NCBI GenBank assembly: GCA_040509875.1
Contig: JBEVKB010000045.1
Location: 2,378-66,377, forward strand
DNA: 64,000 nucleotides
Source of the DNA: Steroidobacteraceae bacterium
GTDB lineage: Bacteria > Pseudomonadota > Gammaproteobacteria > Steroidobacterales > Steroidobacteraceae
Reading direction: 5' to 3'
This document shows, in pieces, positions 10,647 through 22,324 of this stretch. The notes beneath the pieces are model-generated. The model made no database searches. It was not told where the DNA came from and saw only the letters and a program-made list of their open reading frames with translations. Within the stretch, counting starts at the first letter, position 1. Every line of letters begins with the position of its first letter. The translations under genes were made by a program, and so were the position numbers.

Positions 10647-12284
10647 ATGACACTACCCAGTCACTCGCCAGAATGGTCAGCTCTCGCCAGTCATGCGGCG
10701 AGCACGCGATCCGTGCACATCCGTGACCTGTTCGCCGCGGACGCCGATCGTTTCAAGCGCTTCTCACGCACGGAACTCAACCTGCTGTTCGATTTCTCGC
10801 GACAGCGGGTCACCGATGAAACGCTGCGGCTGCTGCTCGAACTGGCGAAGTCGCGCCGATTGAGTTCGCGCATCGCAGCGATGTTCAGCGGCGAGAAAAT
10901 CAACAACACCGAGAATCGCGCGGTGCTGCACACGGCGCTGCGTAACAAGTCGGACCGTGCTATCGCAGTGGATGGCCAGGACATCATGGCCGAAGTGCGC
11001 GCCAGCCTGGCCCGGATGCGTAACTTCGTCACCGGCGTGCACGATGGACGCATCCTCGGCGCGACCGGCAAGACGTTCACGGACATCGTCAACATCGGCA
11101 TCGGCGGCTCCGATCTCGGCATCGTGATGGCGACGGAAGCGCTGGCGAACTTCCGCAACCGTAACATCCGCCTGCATTGCGTTTCGAACATCGATGGCGT
11201 GCAACTCGCCGACCTGCTGGAGCGAGTGGATGCGACGCGCACGCTGTTCGTCGTTTGCTCCAAGACATTCACTACGCTGGAAACGCTGACGAATGCGAAA
11301 GTCGCGCGCCAGTGGATCGTCGATCGACTCGGCGAAGGCGCACCCGCACGGCATTTTGCGGCGGTGTCGACCAATACCAAGGCAATGGATGCCTTCCTGA
11401 TTCCGCCGCAGAACCGCTTCACCATGTGGGACTGGGTGGGTGGCCGCTACTCGCTGTGGTCCGCGGTCGGACTGTCGATCGCACTTGCGCTAGGCATGGA
11501 CCAGTTCGAACTCATGCTGGAAGGCGGCTTCGAAATGGACGAGCACTTCCGCACGGCGCCGCTGGAGCAGAACCTGCCGGTGCTGATGGGCCTGCTCGGC
11601 GTGTGGAATCGCAATTTCCTCGACATGGATTCGCTGGCGGTGCTGCCATACGACCAGCGGTTGCATCGCTTTCCCGCTTATTTACAGCAACTGGAGATGG
11701 AATCGAACGGCAAGCGCGTCACGCTGGAAGGCGAGACCGTGGAGGCCGATACCGGCGCCGTTCTATGGGGCGAGCCGGGTTCGAACGCCCAACATTCCTT
11801 CTTCCAGTTATTGCATCAGGGAACCGCGCGAGTGGCGTTGGATTTCCTCGCACCCGTCAACGCATCCAGCCAGTTCCAGCACCAGCAGAACCTCGCGCTC
11901 GCCAACTGTTTCGGGCAGGCCACTGCATTCGCCTTCGGGCAGACCGAGGCGCAGATTCGTGCGGATCTCTCCGCCAAGGGCGTGGCTGAAGCCGAAATCG
12001 TCCGGCTGATTCCTCATAAGCTGCATCCGGGCAACCGGCCGGTGAGCGTGCTGCTGTTCCCGCGGCTCGGCCCGAAGACGCTGGGCCGGTTGATTGCCCT
12101 GTACGAACACAAGGTGTTCACTCAGAGCGTGATCTGGGGCATCAACGCCTTCGATCAGTGGGGAGTGGAGTTGGGAAAGAAACTCGCTGAGACTGTTGCG
12201 CCGGCAGTGGCGGATCCGGCGAATGCGCCGGCGGATGCGTCGTTGCGGGGGCTGCTCGACCAGGTGGGAAAGTGGCGGGGATGA
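10647..12284 (+). CDS. pgi: Glucose-6-phosphate isomerase
   Basis: ENRAVLHTALR, IGIGGSDLG, SKTFTT, DWVGGRYSLWSA, QQLEMESNGK, FDQWGVELGK. Confidence 0.96.
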   Translation: MTLPSHSPEWSALASHAASTRSVHIRDLFAADADRFKRFSRTELNLLFDFSRQRVTDETLRLLLELAKSRRLSSRIAAMFSGEKINNTENRAVLHTALRNKSDRAIAVDGQDIMAEVRASLARMRNFVTGVHDGRILGATGKTFTDIVNIGIGGSDLGIVMATEALANFRNRNIRLHCVSNIDGVQLADLLERVDATRTLFVVCSKTFTTLETLTNAKVARQWIVDRLGEGAPARHFAAVSTNTKAMDAFLIPPQNRFTMWDWVGGRYSLWSAVGLSIALALGMDQFELMLEGGFEMDEHFRTAPLEQNLPVLMGLLGVWNRNFLDMDSLAVLPYDQRLHRFPAYLQQLEMESNGKRVTLEGETVEADTGAVLWGEPGSNAQHSFFQLLHQGTARVALDFLAPVNASSQFQHQQNLALANCFGQATAFAFGQTEAQIRADLSAKGVAEAEIVRLIPHKLHPGNRPVSVLLFPRLGPKTLGRLIALYEHKVFTQSVIWGINAFDQWGVELGKKLAETVAPAVADPANAPADASLRGLLDQVGKWRG

Positions 12285-12422
12285 TGGCTGCGGCCGCCTA
12301 GATTGCCGGTCCGCCATCCGGCGTACCAGAACCGATTTAGCGCGATGTGCCGTATATTCGCGCCTTCGCAAGCACGGTGTCAGGAGAGGCTGGGGCGATC
12401 CCCGCCAACGAGACGATGACTA

Positions 12423-13301
12423 ATGCATCATAAAGGGATTGTCCTCGCCGGAGGATCCGGAACGCGCCTGCATCCGGTCACGCTCGGGGTCAGCAAGCAA
12501 CTGCTCCCCATCTACGACAAGCCAATGGTGTATTACCCGTTGGCTACGTTGATGCTGGCAGGCATTCGCGACATTCTGCTGATATCCACGCCGCACGATC
12601 TGCCGCATTACCAACGATTGTTGGGAGATGGCAGCAATTGGGGCATAAGCATCAGGTACGCGGAACAGCCGCAACCCGCTGGTTTGGCGCAGGCATTCAC
12701 CATTGGCAAGAGCTTCGTGGGTGCGGACAGCGTCAGCCTGATCCTTGGCGACAATGTCTTCTATGGCCACGGGTTGCCCGACCAGCTGCGTTCCGCCAGC
12801 GAGAAATGCAAAGGCGCCACGGTGTTTGCCTATCACGTCAAAGACGCCGGACGTTATGGCGTCGTGCATTTCGACAGCGCCGGTAAAGTTCTCGGCATCG
12901 AAGAAAAACCCCGGCAGCCGAAATCGAACTATGCCGTCACGGGTCTGTATTTTTACGACAACGAGGTGCTCGACATCGCAGCTTCGCTCAAACCTTCGCC
13001 ACGCGGCGAATACGAGATCACCGACGTCAACCACGAGTATCTGCGGCGTGGGGCGCTGAGCGTCGAACTGCTAGGCCGGGGCGTTGCCTGGCTAGATACG
13101 GGGACGCACGAGTCGCTGCTGCAGGCTTCCATGTTCATCGAGGCGATCGAGAGCCGGCAGGGGTTGAAGGTGTGCTGTCCTGAAGAGATTGCCTATCGCG
13201 CCGGTTATATCGACTCCGCGCAGCTCGAGCGGCTGGCCGCGCCATTGGCGAAGTCCGGCTACGGTGAATATCTGCGTGCGCTGCTGAGCGACGGATTGTG
13301 A
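12423..13301 (+). CDS. rmlA: Glucose-1-phosphate thymidylyltransferase
   Basis: [46 protein letters not shown]. Confidence 0.96.
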   Translation: MHHKGIVLAGGSGTRLHPVTLGVSKQLLPIYDKPMVYYPLATLMLAGIRDILLISTPHDLPHYQRLLGDGSNWGISIRYAEQPQPAGLAQAFTIGKSFVGADSVSLILGDNVFYGHGLPDQLRSASEKCKGATVFAYHVKDAGRYGVVHFDSAGKVLGIEEKPRQPKSNYAVTGLYFYDNEVLDIAASLKPSPRGEYEITDVNHEYLRRGALSVELLGRGVAWLDTGTHESLLQASMFIEAIESRQGLKVCCPEEIAYRAGYIDSAQLERLAAPLAKSGYGEYLRALLSDGL

Positions 13302-13303
13302 GC

Positions 13304-13852
13304 ATGGAGTTCCTTCCTACCCGCATTCCGGACGTGGTGCTGATCAAGCCGCGCGTGTTCGGTGATAGTCGCGGCTACTTTTTGGAAACCTGGCAGCAGG
13401 CGCGGTTTGCGGCCGCCGGCCTGCCTTTGCATTTCGTCCAGGACAATCACAGCCGTTCCTCGAAGTGGATCTTGCGCGGACTGCATTATCAATTGCAGAA
13501 CACACAGGGAAAGCTCATCCGAGTGACGCGCGGGGCAGTCTTCGACGTCGCCGTCGATGTGCGTCGCAGTTCTTCTACATTCGGCCAGTGGGTGGGCGTC
13601 GAGCTGAACGATGAGAATCATCACATGCTGTGGGTGCCGCCTGGATTCGCCCATGGCTTCCTGACGCTGAGCGACGAGATGGATTTCCTGTACAAGTGCA
13701 CCGACGTCTATGCCCCGCAGTACGAGCGCACTCTGCGCTGGGACGATCCGCGCGTCGGGATCGAATGGCCTTTGCCGGACGGCATATCGCCAGTGCTTGC
13801 GGCGCGTGATGCTGCGGCTCCCTCGATCGACGCAATCGAAAGCCTGCCGTGA
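13304..13852 (+). CDS. rmlC: dTDP-4-dehydrorhamnose 3,5-epimerase
   Basis: GDSRGYFLE, FVQDNHSRS, LRGLHYQ, PPGFAHGF; alternative GTG start at 13298. Confidence 0.95.
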   Translation: MEFLPTRIPDVVLIKPRVFGDSRGYFLETWQQARFAAAGLPLHFVQDNHSRSSKWILRGLHYQLQNTQGKLIRVTRGAVFDVAVDVRRSSSTFGQWVGVELNDENHHMLWVPPGFAHGFLTLSDEMDFLYKCTDVYAPQYERTLRWDDPRVGIEWPLPDGISPVLAARDAAAPSIDAIESLP

Positions 13853-14727
13853 AATCCATGCGCGTACTCATCACAGGGGCCGGCGGGCAGCTCGGGCAGG
13901 CGTTGAAACTGTTGGCGCCGCAAGACGTCGAGACTCGCTTCGCCACCCGCAGCGACCTGAATATCGAAGACGCAGTACAGGTACGTCAGTACGTCGGCGA
14001 GATGGCGCCCGACCTCATCATCAACGCTGCGGCTTATACGGCGGTGGATAAAGCAGAAGGCGACGAGGCGGCGGCGCTGCGCGCCAATTCTCATGCGCCG
14101 CGTGCGCTTGCCGAGGCGGCCTTGGCGGGGAGCAACACGCGACTCATTCATGTATCGACCGACTTCGTGTTCGATGGCGAAGCGAATATTCCATATCAGC
14201 CGGGCCATCCGATCGCACCTATCAACGTCTACGGACGCAGCAAGGCTGGAGGCGAAACGGCGGTACTCGATATCCTGGGCGATCGGACAGTCGTGGTGCG
14301 CACCGCATGGGTGTATTCAGCGGTGGGACATAATTTTCTGCGGACCATGTTGCGATTGCTGAATGAACGTGGCGAGGTGTCGGTCGTCGACGATCAGATC
14401 GGCACTCCCACATCGGCGCTGTCTCTCGCGGCCGCACTCTGGCGTTTTGCGCCGCGCCCGGATTTGTCCGGCGTGTTTCACTGGACCGATGCCGGCGTCG
14501 CGAGCTGGTACGATTTCGCCGTCGCCATCGCCGAAGAAGGCAAGGCCGCCGGCTTGTTGAGCAAGGAAGGCGTGGTCAGGCCCATCGGCGCGCACAGTTA
14601 CCCGACACCCGCTCGACGGCCTAAGTACAGCGTACTCGACAAGCGCTCCACGCTGGCCGCACTGGGCATCGAATCGATTCATTGGCGCAAGCAGTTGCGG
14701 TCCGTTTTGCAGGGGCTGATTACGTGA
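13849..14727 (+). CDS. rmlD: dTDP-4-dehydrorhamnose reductase
   Basis: GAGGQLG, NAAAYTAVDKAE, STDFVFDG, YGRSK, DDQIGTPT, PTPARRP. Confidence 0.94.
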   Translation: MKSMRVLITGAGGQLGQALKLLAPQDVETRFATRSDLNIEDAVQVRQYVGEMAPDLIINAAAYTAVDKAEGDEAAALRANSHAPRALAEAALAGSNTRLIHVSTDFVFDGEANIPYQPGHPIAPINVYGRSKAGGETAVLDILGDRTVVVRTAWVYSAVGHNFLRTMLRLLNERGEVSVVDDQIGTPTSALSLAAALWRFAPRPDLSGVFHWTDAGVASWYDFAVAIAEEGKAAGLLSKEGVVRPIGAHSYPTPARRPKYSVLDKRSTLAALGIESIHWRKQLRSVLQGLIT

Positions 14728-15857
14728 GCAGGTTGCTAGTGACCGGCGGCGCCGGTTTTATCGGCTGCAATTTCGTGCACCACTGGGTGCGCCGTCATGC
14801 GGACGATCGCGTCGTCGTCTTGGACGCGCTCACCTACGCGGGCAACCTGGCGAATCTCGATTCGTTGCAGAGCCATCCGGGATTTCGTTTCGTTCGCGGT
14901 GACATCTGCGACACTGCCGCGGTTGAGTCCCTGATGCGCGAAGAGCGCATCGATACGATCGTGCACTTCGCGGCGGAATCGCATGTCGACCGGTCCATCG
15001 TCGAGCCGGACGCGTTCCTGCGCACCAATGTGATGGGAACGCATTCGCTGCTGAAAGCCGCAAGGAAATTGTGGCTCGAGGAAGCGAACGTAACCCGACA
15101 CAGGTTCCACCATGTTTCTACCGATGAAGTGTATGGCTCGCTCGGCGCCACGGATCCGGCGTTCACGGAAGTCACGCCTTATGCTCCTAACTCGCCGTAC
15201 TCGGCGAGCAAGGCTGCCTCGGATCACCTGGTGCGTGCCTATCATCACACCTATGGCTTGCAGACCAGCATCAGCAACTGCTCGAACAATTACGGGCCGT
15301 TTCATTTTCCCGAAAAGCTCATCCCGCTGATCATCGTCAATATTCTCGATGGGCGGGCGCTGCCCGTGTATGGCGACGGGCGCAACATTCGCGACTGGCT
15401 GCATGTTTCCGATCATTGCGTGGGCATCGAAGCCATCATCGAGCGCGGCAGGGCCGGTGAGGTCTACAACCTCGGCGGTGCTGCCGAATATCAGAATCTG
15501 TACCTGGTGCAACAGTTGTGCGCGATTGCCGATCGACGCTTCGGCGCCGACGCCGGGCTCGCGGGACGATTTCCTCTCTGTCCGCCGGCGCAGGGGAGGG
15601 CTGCGGTCGAACTCATCCAGTTCGTCCAGGATCGCCCCGGGCATGACCGCCGCTACGCCATCGATTTCACCAAGGCCGAACGGGAGCTGGGTTTTCGTCC
15701 GGCCGTCGCCCTGGCCGACGGATTGCAGAACGTGTTCGACTGGTACCTGGCGAACGAGAGCTGGTGGCGAGGCGTCATGGACGGCAGCTACCGCAACTGG
15801 ATGTTCACCAACTACGCCGACCGACTCGCTGACGCAGCGGATCGCGGCGTCACGTGA
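14724..15857 (+). CDS. rmlB: dTDP-glucose 4,6-dehydratase
   Basis: GGAGFIG, DALTYAGN, HFAAESHVDRS, STDEVYG, PYSASKA, DRPGHDRRY; GTG start overlapping rmlD stop. Confidence 0.95.
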   Translation: MSRLLVTGGAGFIGCNFVHHWVRRHADDRVVVLDALTYAGNLANLDSLQSHPGFRFVRGDICDTAAVESLMREERIDTIVHFAAESHVDRSIVEPDAFLRTNVMGTHSLLKAARKLWLEEANVTRHRFHHVSTDEVYGSLGATDPAFTEVTPYAPNSPYSASKAASDHLVRAYHHTYGLQTSISNCSNNYGPFHFPEKLIPLIIVNILDGRALPVYGDGRNIRDWLHVSDHCVGIEAIIERGRAGEVYNLGGAAEYQNLYLVQQLCAIADRRFGADAGLAGRFPLCPPAQGRAAVELIQFVQDRPGHDRRYAIDFTKAERELGFRPAVALADGLQNVFDWYLANESWWRGVMDGSYRNWMFTNYADRLADAADRGVT

Positions 15858-16023
15858 GCCGGGTCATCGAACTCCATCGCTGCCATAGCCATGTGACAGT
15901 TTTTCGCGACCCGGCGCAACGGCGCAGTCCACCGCGATTGCCGGCGTAGAAGCCTGCGTTTTTCCTCGTCATGCCGTATATTCCTGCCGCGTCGCTGCCG
16001 ACGTGGCTGTGTGGAGTTCGACG

Positions 16024-17112
16024 TTGAGTAAAAAGGCCTTGATTACCGGAATTACGGGCCAGGACGGCGCGTACCTGGCCGAGTTGCTGTTGAGCAAGGG
16101 CTACGAAGTGCATGGCATCAAACGCCGCGCGTCGTCGTTCAACACCGATCGTATCGATCATCTCTATCAGGATCCGCATGAACGCGACGTGCGCCTCACG
16201 TTGCACTATGGCGATCTCACCGACGCCACCAACCTGATTCGCATCGTGCAACTCGTGCAGCCCGATGAAATCTACAACCTGGCGGCGCAGAGCCATGTCG
16301 GCGTGTCGTTCGAGACGCCCGAGTACACAGCGAACTCCGATGCATTGGGTACGCTGCGCATTCTGGAAGCGATCCGCATCCTGGGACTGGAACGCAAGAC
16401 GCGGTTCTACCAGGCATCGACCTCGGAAATGTACGGCAAGGTGCAGGAGATACCGCAGAAGGAGACGACTCCCTTCTATCCGCGCTCACCCTACGGCGCC
16501 GCGAAGGTCTATGCCTACTGGATCACTGTCAATTATCGCGAGGCGTACGGACTGTTCGCCTGCAACGGTATTCTTTTCAACCACGAGTCGCCGGTCCGCG
16601 GTGAAACGTTCGTCACCCGCAAGATCACTCGCGGCCTGGCGCGGATCGCCGAGGGACTGCAAGATACTCTGCATCTCGGCAATATCGATGCGCTGCGCGA
16701 CTGGGGTCACGCCCGCGACTACGTCAAGGCGCAGTGGCTGATGCTGCAACAGGCAGAGGCCGAAGATTTCGTGATCGCAACCGGCGAGCAGCATTCGGTC
16801 CGTGAATTCGTCGAGAAGGCTGGCGCGGAACTTGGGATGCGAATCGAGTGGCAAGGCAGCGGCGTAGGCGAGCAGGGTGTCGATGCTGTCACCGGTCGTA
16901 CCGTCGTCAGGATCGACGAGCGCTATTTCCGTCCGACTGAAGTCGAAACGCTGCTCGGAGACCCCACGAAAGCCCGTCAGAAGCTGGGATGGCAGGCCGA
17001 AATCAGCTTCGCTACGCTGGTGAAGGAAATGGTCGCCGCGGACCTGGATGCCGCCAAGCGCGACGCTCTCGTGGCGCGTGAAGGGTACAAGACCTATCGT
17101 CACCATGAATAA
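16024..17112 (+). CDS. gmd: GDP-mannose 4,6-dehydratase
   Basis: [50 protein letters not shown]; TTG start assumed. Confidence 0.96.
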   Translation: MSKKALITGITGQDGAYLAELLLSKGYEVHGIKRRASSFNTDRIDHLYQDPHERDVRLTLHYGDLTDATNLIRIVQLVQPDEIYNLAAQSHVGVSFETPEYTANSDALGTLRILEAIRILGLERKTRFYQASTSEMYGKVQEIPQKETTPFYPRSPYGAAKVYAYWITVNYREAYGLFACNGILFNHESPVRGETFVTRKITRGLARIAEGLQDTLHLGNIDALRDWGHARDYVKAQWLMLQQAEAEDFVIATGEQHSVREFVEKAGAELGMRIEWQGSGVGEQGVDAVTGRTVVRIDERYFRPTEVETLLGDPTKARQKLGWQAEISFATLVKEMVAADLDAAKRDALVAREGYKTYRHHE

Positions 17113-18043
17113 AAGCTCGCGCATCTATATCGCTGGCCACCGCGGACTCGTGGGCAGCGCGATAGCTCGTCGCCTGCAAGCCGATGGCTTCGAGAACCTC
17201 GTCCTGCGCACCAGTCGCGAACTGGACCTGCGCAACCAGTCGGAAGTCGAGAGTTTCTTTTCCAAGGAACGCCCGGAGTTTGTATTCCTCGCGGCGGCGA
17301 AAGTAGGCGGCATCCACGCGAACAACTCGTTTCCCGCGGATTTCATCCGCGACAACCTGCAGATGCAGACCAACGTGATCGACTCCGCCCATCGTCATGG
17401 GACGCGCAAGCTGCTGTTCCTCGGATCGAGTTGCGTGTACCCCAAGTTCGCGCCGCAACCCATGCCGGAAGCGTCGCTGCTATCGGGGCCGCTGGAGACG
17501 ACCAACGAGTGGTACGCCATCGCCAAGATCGCCGGGTTGAAGATGTGCCAGGCGTATCGACGCCAGCATGGCTTCGACGCCATTGCCATCATGCCCACCA
17601 ATCTCTATGGCCCGGGCGACAATTTCGATTTGGAAAATTCGCACGTGCTGCCCGCTCTGATGCGCAAGGCGCACGAAGCGAAAGCCGCTGGCGGATCCGT
17701 TGTCGTGTGGGGCACCGGCACCCCGCGTCGCGAGTTCCTGCACGTCGATGACCTGGCGGGCGCCTGCCTGTTTCTCATGCAAACCTACAGTAGCGATGAG
17801 TTGGTGAATGTCGGATGGGGCGAGGATGTCTCGATCCGCGAACTCGCCGAGCTGATCGCCGACGTCGTCGGCTTTCGGGGCGGTTTCGAGTTCGATCCTT
17901 CGAAGCCGGATGGGACACCTCGTAAATTGCTCGACGTCACGCGAATGCGAGCTCTGGGCTGGGCGCCTACCATCCCATTGCGTCAGGGGCTGGCAGCGAC
18001 TTACCGCTGGTTCACCGAACACCTCGAGAGTTACCGGGCTTGA
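17105..18043 (+). CDS. fcl: GDP-L-fucose synthase
   Basis: [61 protein letters not shown]. Confidence 0.94.
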   Translation: MNKSSRIYIAGHRGLVGSAIARRLQADGFENLVLRTSRELDLRNQSEVESFFSKERPEFVFLAAAKVGGIHANNSFPADFIRDNLQMQTNVIDSAHRHGTRKLLFLGSSCVYPKFAPQPMPEASLLSGPLETTNEWYAIAKIAGLKMCQAYRRQHGFDAIAIMPTNLYGPGDNFDLENSHVLPALMRKAHEAKAAGGSVVVWGTGTPRREFLHVDDLAGACLFLMQTYSSDELVNVGWGEDVSIRELAELIADVVGFRGGFEFDPSKPDGTPRKLLDVTRMRALGWAPTIPLRQGLAATYRWFTEHLESYRA

Positions 18044-18243
18044 GATGAGCGGTGGGACGCGACGCTCGTAGTCGGGCGGTCGCATAAAGTGCTCCATCGC
18101 CATTGGCCGGAAATTGCCTGCGGTAAAATGGCGACACGCGGGGTCGCCGATGATCGCGCCCCATTTCGGATCGCACATATACAGCCGTGTGTGTAAACTC
18201 CCGGCGCGCATTGCATCGACCAGGATTTCCAAGCGGCCTTTTG

Positions 18244-21177
18244 ATGCCAAGAACCAAGTTTCTCAGCCATTTCCTCCGTCTGGCCACCGTCCTCGTGTGC
18301 CTTCTGTCGGATGGGAATCTCACGTCCGTTGCCGTTGCGCAGACGCCAACAGCAGATCAGCTGGAGATGTACCGGAACCTTACCCCGGAACAGCAGCGTC
18401 AGATCATGCAGTCGATGGGTTCGGGCAGCGGGTCGATTTCCATGGGCGGCGCCACCGATCGGGTCAGGGCCGACAAGCCATTGACGTTTCCGCAGACCGT
18501 TCAGTCGCGCAGCCGTGCCGGGGCGGACGATGAGCTCAGCGAGCAGTTGCTGCTGGACAAAGAACCGCGGCTGAAAGCAGAGGACACGGTGCTGCTGTCC
18601 CTGGAAAAGCGTAAGTACGAAAGGCAATCCAACGAATTCGACGAGCCGGCCAGCGCGACGCGCGACGCTGCCGACCCAGCGCAACCTGCTATTCCGGGCC
18701 GCCGGCAAGCCGCGCGTGCAGCGACGAGTACCGATAAGAACAAGCCCACCGAGGCGCCCAAGGAATTGCTGCGAAGTGCGACAGAGGACAAGCAGCTCGA
18801 TGACTTTCGCGATCGCGTGCTGCGTCGTAATCCCTACCGGCTCGACAAGTGGGGCATCCTGAATGTGGCGGAACTCGGGCCTATTCCGCTCGCGGGATTG
18901 ACGGTCGACGAAGCGACCCAACGACTCGTGGCCGAGGAGCGGTTGAAGGAATTCGTCGTGCGGGTGATTCACCTGCCGCTGAAGCGCGTCGGCGCCGAAG
19001 CGCTGAAGCCGTTCGGCTACGAACTGTTCTCCGGCAGGACGTCGACATTCGCTCCCGCCACCGATGTGCCGGTTCCGGCCGAGTACATCGTCGGTCCGGG
19101 GGATACGATCGAAGTGCAGCTCGTGGGCACCGCCAAGGGACGCTATTCGCTGGTGGTCGGCCGGGATGGTCGCATCAGTTTTCCGGAGCTCGGCCCGATT
19201 GTCGTCGGCGGCCAGAGCTACGAGGCGATGCGCAGAGTCATCGAAGGCCGAGTGCGCGATCAGCTGATCGGAACCCAGGTCAGCATCGGCATGGGCGAAT
19301 TGCGCTCGATCCGCATTTTCGTCCTGGGCGACGCGGAAACACCCGGGTCCTATACCGTCAGCGGCCTGTCCACCATCACCAACGCGTTGTTCTTCAGCGG
19401 CGGCGTCAAGAGAATCGGCTCGTTGCGCAAGATCGAGTTGAAGCGCAACGGCCAGACCGTCTCGCGGCTGGATCTGTACGACCTGCTGCTGAAGGGCGAT
19501 ACCCGCGCCGACGTGAGGCTGCAGCCCGGCGACGTCATATTCATTCCGCCGGTGGGTGCTACGGTCAGCGTTTCGGGCGCCGTGCGGCGCCCGGCAATCT
19601 ACGAACTCAGCACAGAGACCACGGCGCAGGATCTCGTTGCGTTGGGCGGTGGTTTGTCGCCACAAGCAGATCCCAGGCTGGCGACACTCGAACGAGTGAA
19701 CGCTCAGCGCGAGCGCGTCACTCTCGACGTGAACCTGGTGCAGACAGGGCAGCAGAGCCCGAGCTTGCAGAGCGGCGACGTTCTCAGGATTCCCGAGATC
19801 CGTCCGGTGCTCGAGGATTCCGTCACGCTGGCGGGCTACGTTTACCGCCCCGGCGAATTCCAGTTTCGGGCCGGCATGCGCATCGTCGACCTGTTGCCGA
19901 CCGTCGATGAGTTGCAGCCGAACGCAGACCAGCACTACCTGCTGATTCGCCGCGAGTTGCCGCCCAGCCGCAGGATCACCGTATTTTCCGTGGATCTCGC
20001 CAAGGCCATAGCGAATCCGGCTTCCGCCGCCAATTTCGCGCTCGCGCCACGCGACCGGATCTACGTGTTCGACATGGAGTCGGGACGCGATCGGATCATC
20101 GAGCCATTGATGCGCGAACTACGGATGCAATCCGGCATCGATGAGCCGACTCGCGAGGTCAGCATCGCCGGCAAGGCGAAGGTTCCCGGAAAGTATCCCT
20201 TCGAGCCGGGCATGCGCGTAGCCGACCTGATTCGCGCCGGCGGTACTCCCGACGAAGCCGCTTACGGCGGGCAGGCCGAGCTGACTCGTTATACGGTGAC
20301 CAATGGCGAATCGCGCAAAGCCGAACTGATCCAGGTGAATCTGCGCAAGGCGCTCGATGGCGATCCCAGCGCCAACATCGAACTGCAGCCGTTCGACTAC
20401 CTGGTGATCAAGGAACTGCCGCTGTGGGGCGCGCAGGAGGAAGTGGAGGTCGCGGGCGAAGTGAAGTTTCCGGGCCGCTATCCCATCCATCGCGGCGAGA
20501 CTTTACGATCGGTGATGGAGCGAGCGGGTGGGCTGACTGACCTCGCCTTCATGGAAGGCGCGATTTTCACGCGTGAAGAATTGAAGGAGCGTGAGAGGAA
20601 GGAGCTGGACTCGCTGGCCAGGCGCATGGAGTCGGACATCGCGCAGGTCTCGCTGATGTCCGCCCAGGAAGTGGGCAAGGATGCCAATCAGTCACTGAAC
20701 GCCGGGCAGCAGCTGCTCGCGAATCTTCGGGAAGCCAAGCCGGTGGGCCGGCTCGTCATCAATCTAGAACGCTCCTCCCGCGCCAATGCCAGTCCCGAGG
20801 AGGATATCGTGCTCAAGGACGGCGATCGCCTGCTGGTTCCACGGATCACGCAGGAAGTGACCGTGATCGGCGAGGTGCAAAGCACGACGTCGCACCTGTT
20901 CAGAAGGGATCTCTCGCGTGACGATTACATCGACATGAGCGGTGGCCTTACGCCGCGTGCCGACGACAAGCACATCTACGTAGTCAGAGCCGATGGCAGC
21001 GTGGTTACTCGATCCGGCAGCGCCTGGTTCAATTCCGGAGGCGTCGACATCAGGACGGGCGACACGATCGTAGCACCACTGGATACCGAACGGATGCGAC
21101 CGTTGCCGTTGTGGCAGTCGGTCACTTCGATCATCTACAACCTGGCGATATCGGCAGCTGCGGTGAATTCGTTCTGA
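18244..21177 (+). CDS. Large polysaccharide export protein (Poly_export + multiple SLBB domains; OtnA/KpsD-like OPX)
   Basis: Signal peptide, LKPFGYELF, EYIVGPGDTI, repeated SLBB units (V.GAVRRP, GYVYRPG, GKAKVPG, GEVKFPG, GEVQS), C-terminal amphipathic helix. Confidence 0.88.
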   Translation: MPRTKFLSHFLRLATVLVCLLSDGNLTSVAVAQTPTADQLEMYRNLTPEQQRQIMQSMGSGSGSISMGGATDRVRADKPLTFPQTVQSRSRAGADDELSEQLLLDKEPRLKAEDTVLLSLEKRKYERQSNEFDEPASATRDAADPAQPAIPGRRQAARAATSTDKNKPTEAPKELLRSATEDKQLDDFRDRVLRRNPYRLDKWGILNVAELGPIPLAGLTVDEATQRLVAEERLKEFVVRVIHLPLKRVGAEALKPFGYELFSGRTSTFAPATDVPVPAEYIVGPGDTIEVQLVGTAKGRYSLVVGRDGRISFPELGPIVVGGQSYEAMRRVIEGRVRDQLIGTQVSIGMGELRSIRIFVLGDAETPGSYTVSGLSTITNALFFSGGVKRIGSLRKIELKRNGQTVSRLDLYDLLLKGDTRADVRLQPGDVIFIPPVGATVSVSGAVRRPAIYELSTETTAQDLVALGGGLSPQADPRLATLERVNAQRERVTLDVNLVQTGQQSPSLQSGDVLRIPEIRPVLEDSVTLAGYVYRPGEFQFRAGMRIVDLLPTVDELQPNADQHYLLIRRELPPSRRITVFSVDLAKAIANPASAANFALAPRDRIYVFDMESGRDRIIEPLMRELRMQSGIDEPTREVSIAGKAKVPGKYPFEPGMRVADLIRAGGTPDEAAYGGQAELTRYTVTNGESRKAELIQVNLRKALDGDPSANIELQPFDYLVIKELPLWGAQEEVEVAGEVKFPGRYPIHRGETLRSVMERAGGLTDLAFMEGAIFTREELKERERKELDSLARRMESDIAQVSLMSAQEVGKDANQSLNAGQQLLANLREAKPVGRLVINLERSSRANASPEEDIVLKDGDRLLVPRITQEVTVIGEVQSTTSHLFRRDLSRDDYIDMSGGLTPRADDKHIYVVRADGSVVTRSGSAWFNSGGVDIRTGDTIVAPLDTERMRPLPLWQSVTSIIYNLAISAAAVNSF

Positions 21178-22166
21178 TGCAGGCCGGCGCGACGTTGAAT
21201 TCGGGTCCGGGCGGCCAGCAAGGGTATTCGATGCTGAACAAACTGATTGATGCGATCAAAGAGGCGGAACTGCGGGGCAGGGTGGCGGAAGTCGCGGGCC
21301 TGGAAGGGTTGTCCGGCGACAAGCTCGTCGGGTCGTTGCAGCGTTTCGCCATGGCGGCGGCGGACACTGCCTATGTAGAGATCGGCGTTTACAGGGGACT
21401 GACGCTGGTATCCGTCGGCGTCGCCGCGCCGGGGACCGCCGTGTTCGGCATCGACAACTTCTCGCAGTTCGACCTGGACGGAAAGAATCGCAGCGTCGTC
21501 GAGAAAATGATCGCCGCGAACGGCCTGCGTAACGTGAATCTCATCAATGCCGACTACGAACAGGCGTTTGCCGAGATAGACAGGCATACGCAGGGGCGCC
21601 GCATCGGGACTTATTTCGTCGACGGTCCGCACGACTACCGCAGCCAGCTCATGTGTCTAGAACTCGCGCGCCCGCATCTGGCGGACTTTGCCGTGATCGT
21701 GATCGACGACAGCAATTACCAGCACGTGCGGCAGGCCAATCGCGATTTCCTGGTGCTGCATCCGCAGTTCAAGCTGCTGTACGAGGCCTACACCCGTTGC
21801 CACCCGAACAATATGTCGGCTGAAGAAGTCGCAGCGGCGCGTCGCGGCTGGTGGAATGGCGTCAACATCCTGGTCCATGACCCGATGAATGTTCTGGATT
21901 CCAGTCTGCCGCCAGTGGACCCCTCGCGGGCGCTGTTCCTGAACGATCACATCGTGCACGCGAGCCGGATGGCGCGGTGTTCGGACGTCGCCATGGAAAC
22001 GGTGAGCCAGCTGTACGAATTCCATCCCTTGCGCACGCTGCGGGGTGTGCTGCAGATGTTTCGCTGGCGCAAGCAGCGTCTGAAGACCGATCTGCCTGCG
22101 TACGCTTCGGCCAATACGCTCAGCGAGGGATTGACGAGCGGGCGCCTGAATTCCAAGGCGCTGTAG
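21177..22166 (+). CDS. Class I SAM-dependent methyltransferase (Methyltransf_24-like)
   Basis: YVEIGVYRG, FGIDNF, YFVDGPHDY, VIVIDDSN; ATG overlaps upstream stop (alternative start 21231). Confidence 0.75.
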   Translation: MQAGATLNSGPGGQQGYSMLNKLIDAIKEAELRGRVAEVAGLEGLSGDKLVGSLQRFAMAAADTAYVEIGVYRGLTLVSVGVAAPGTAVFGIDNFSQFDLDGKNRSVVEKMIAANGLRNVNLINADYEQAFAEIDRHTQGRRIGTYFVDGPHDYRSQLMCLELARPHLADFAVIVIDDSNYQHVRQANRDFLVLHPQFKLLYEAYTRCHPNNMSAEEVAAARRGWWNGVNILVHDPMNVLDSSLPPVDPSRALFLNDHIVHASRMARCSDVAMETVSQLYEFHPLRTLRGVLQMFRWRKQRLKTDLPAYASANTLSEGLTSGRLNSKAL

Positions 22167-22324
22167 CCCGGCAATGCAGTGAAGCGACGTATTGCGAAGA
22201 ATGCGTGATGCCATGAACTCACCGACGCGGCATCGGGCCTGCATGTATTCCACGAACCCCAGGCTGACCTGCCTCGCTGCGCTCGCCCAGTCCCTGCGAG
22301 CGCCCCGAATGAGCAGGGCGTGAG

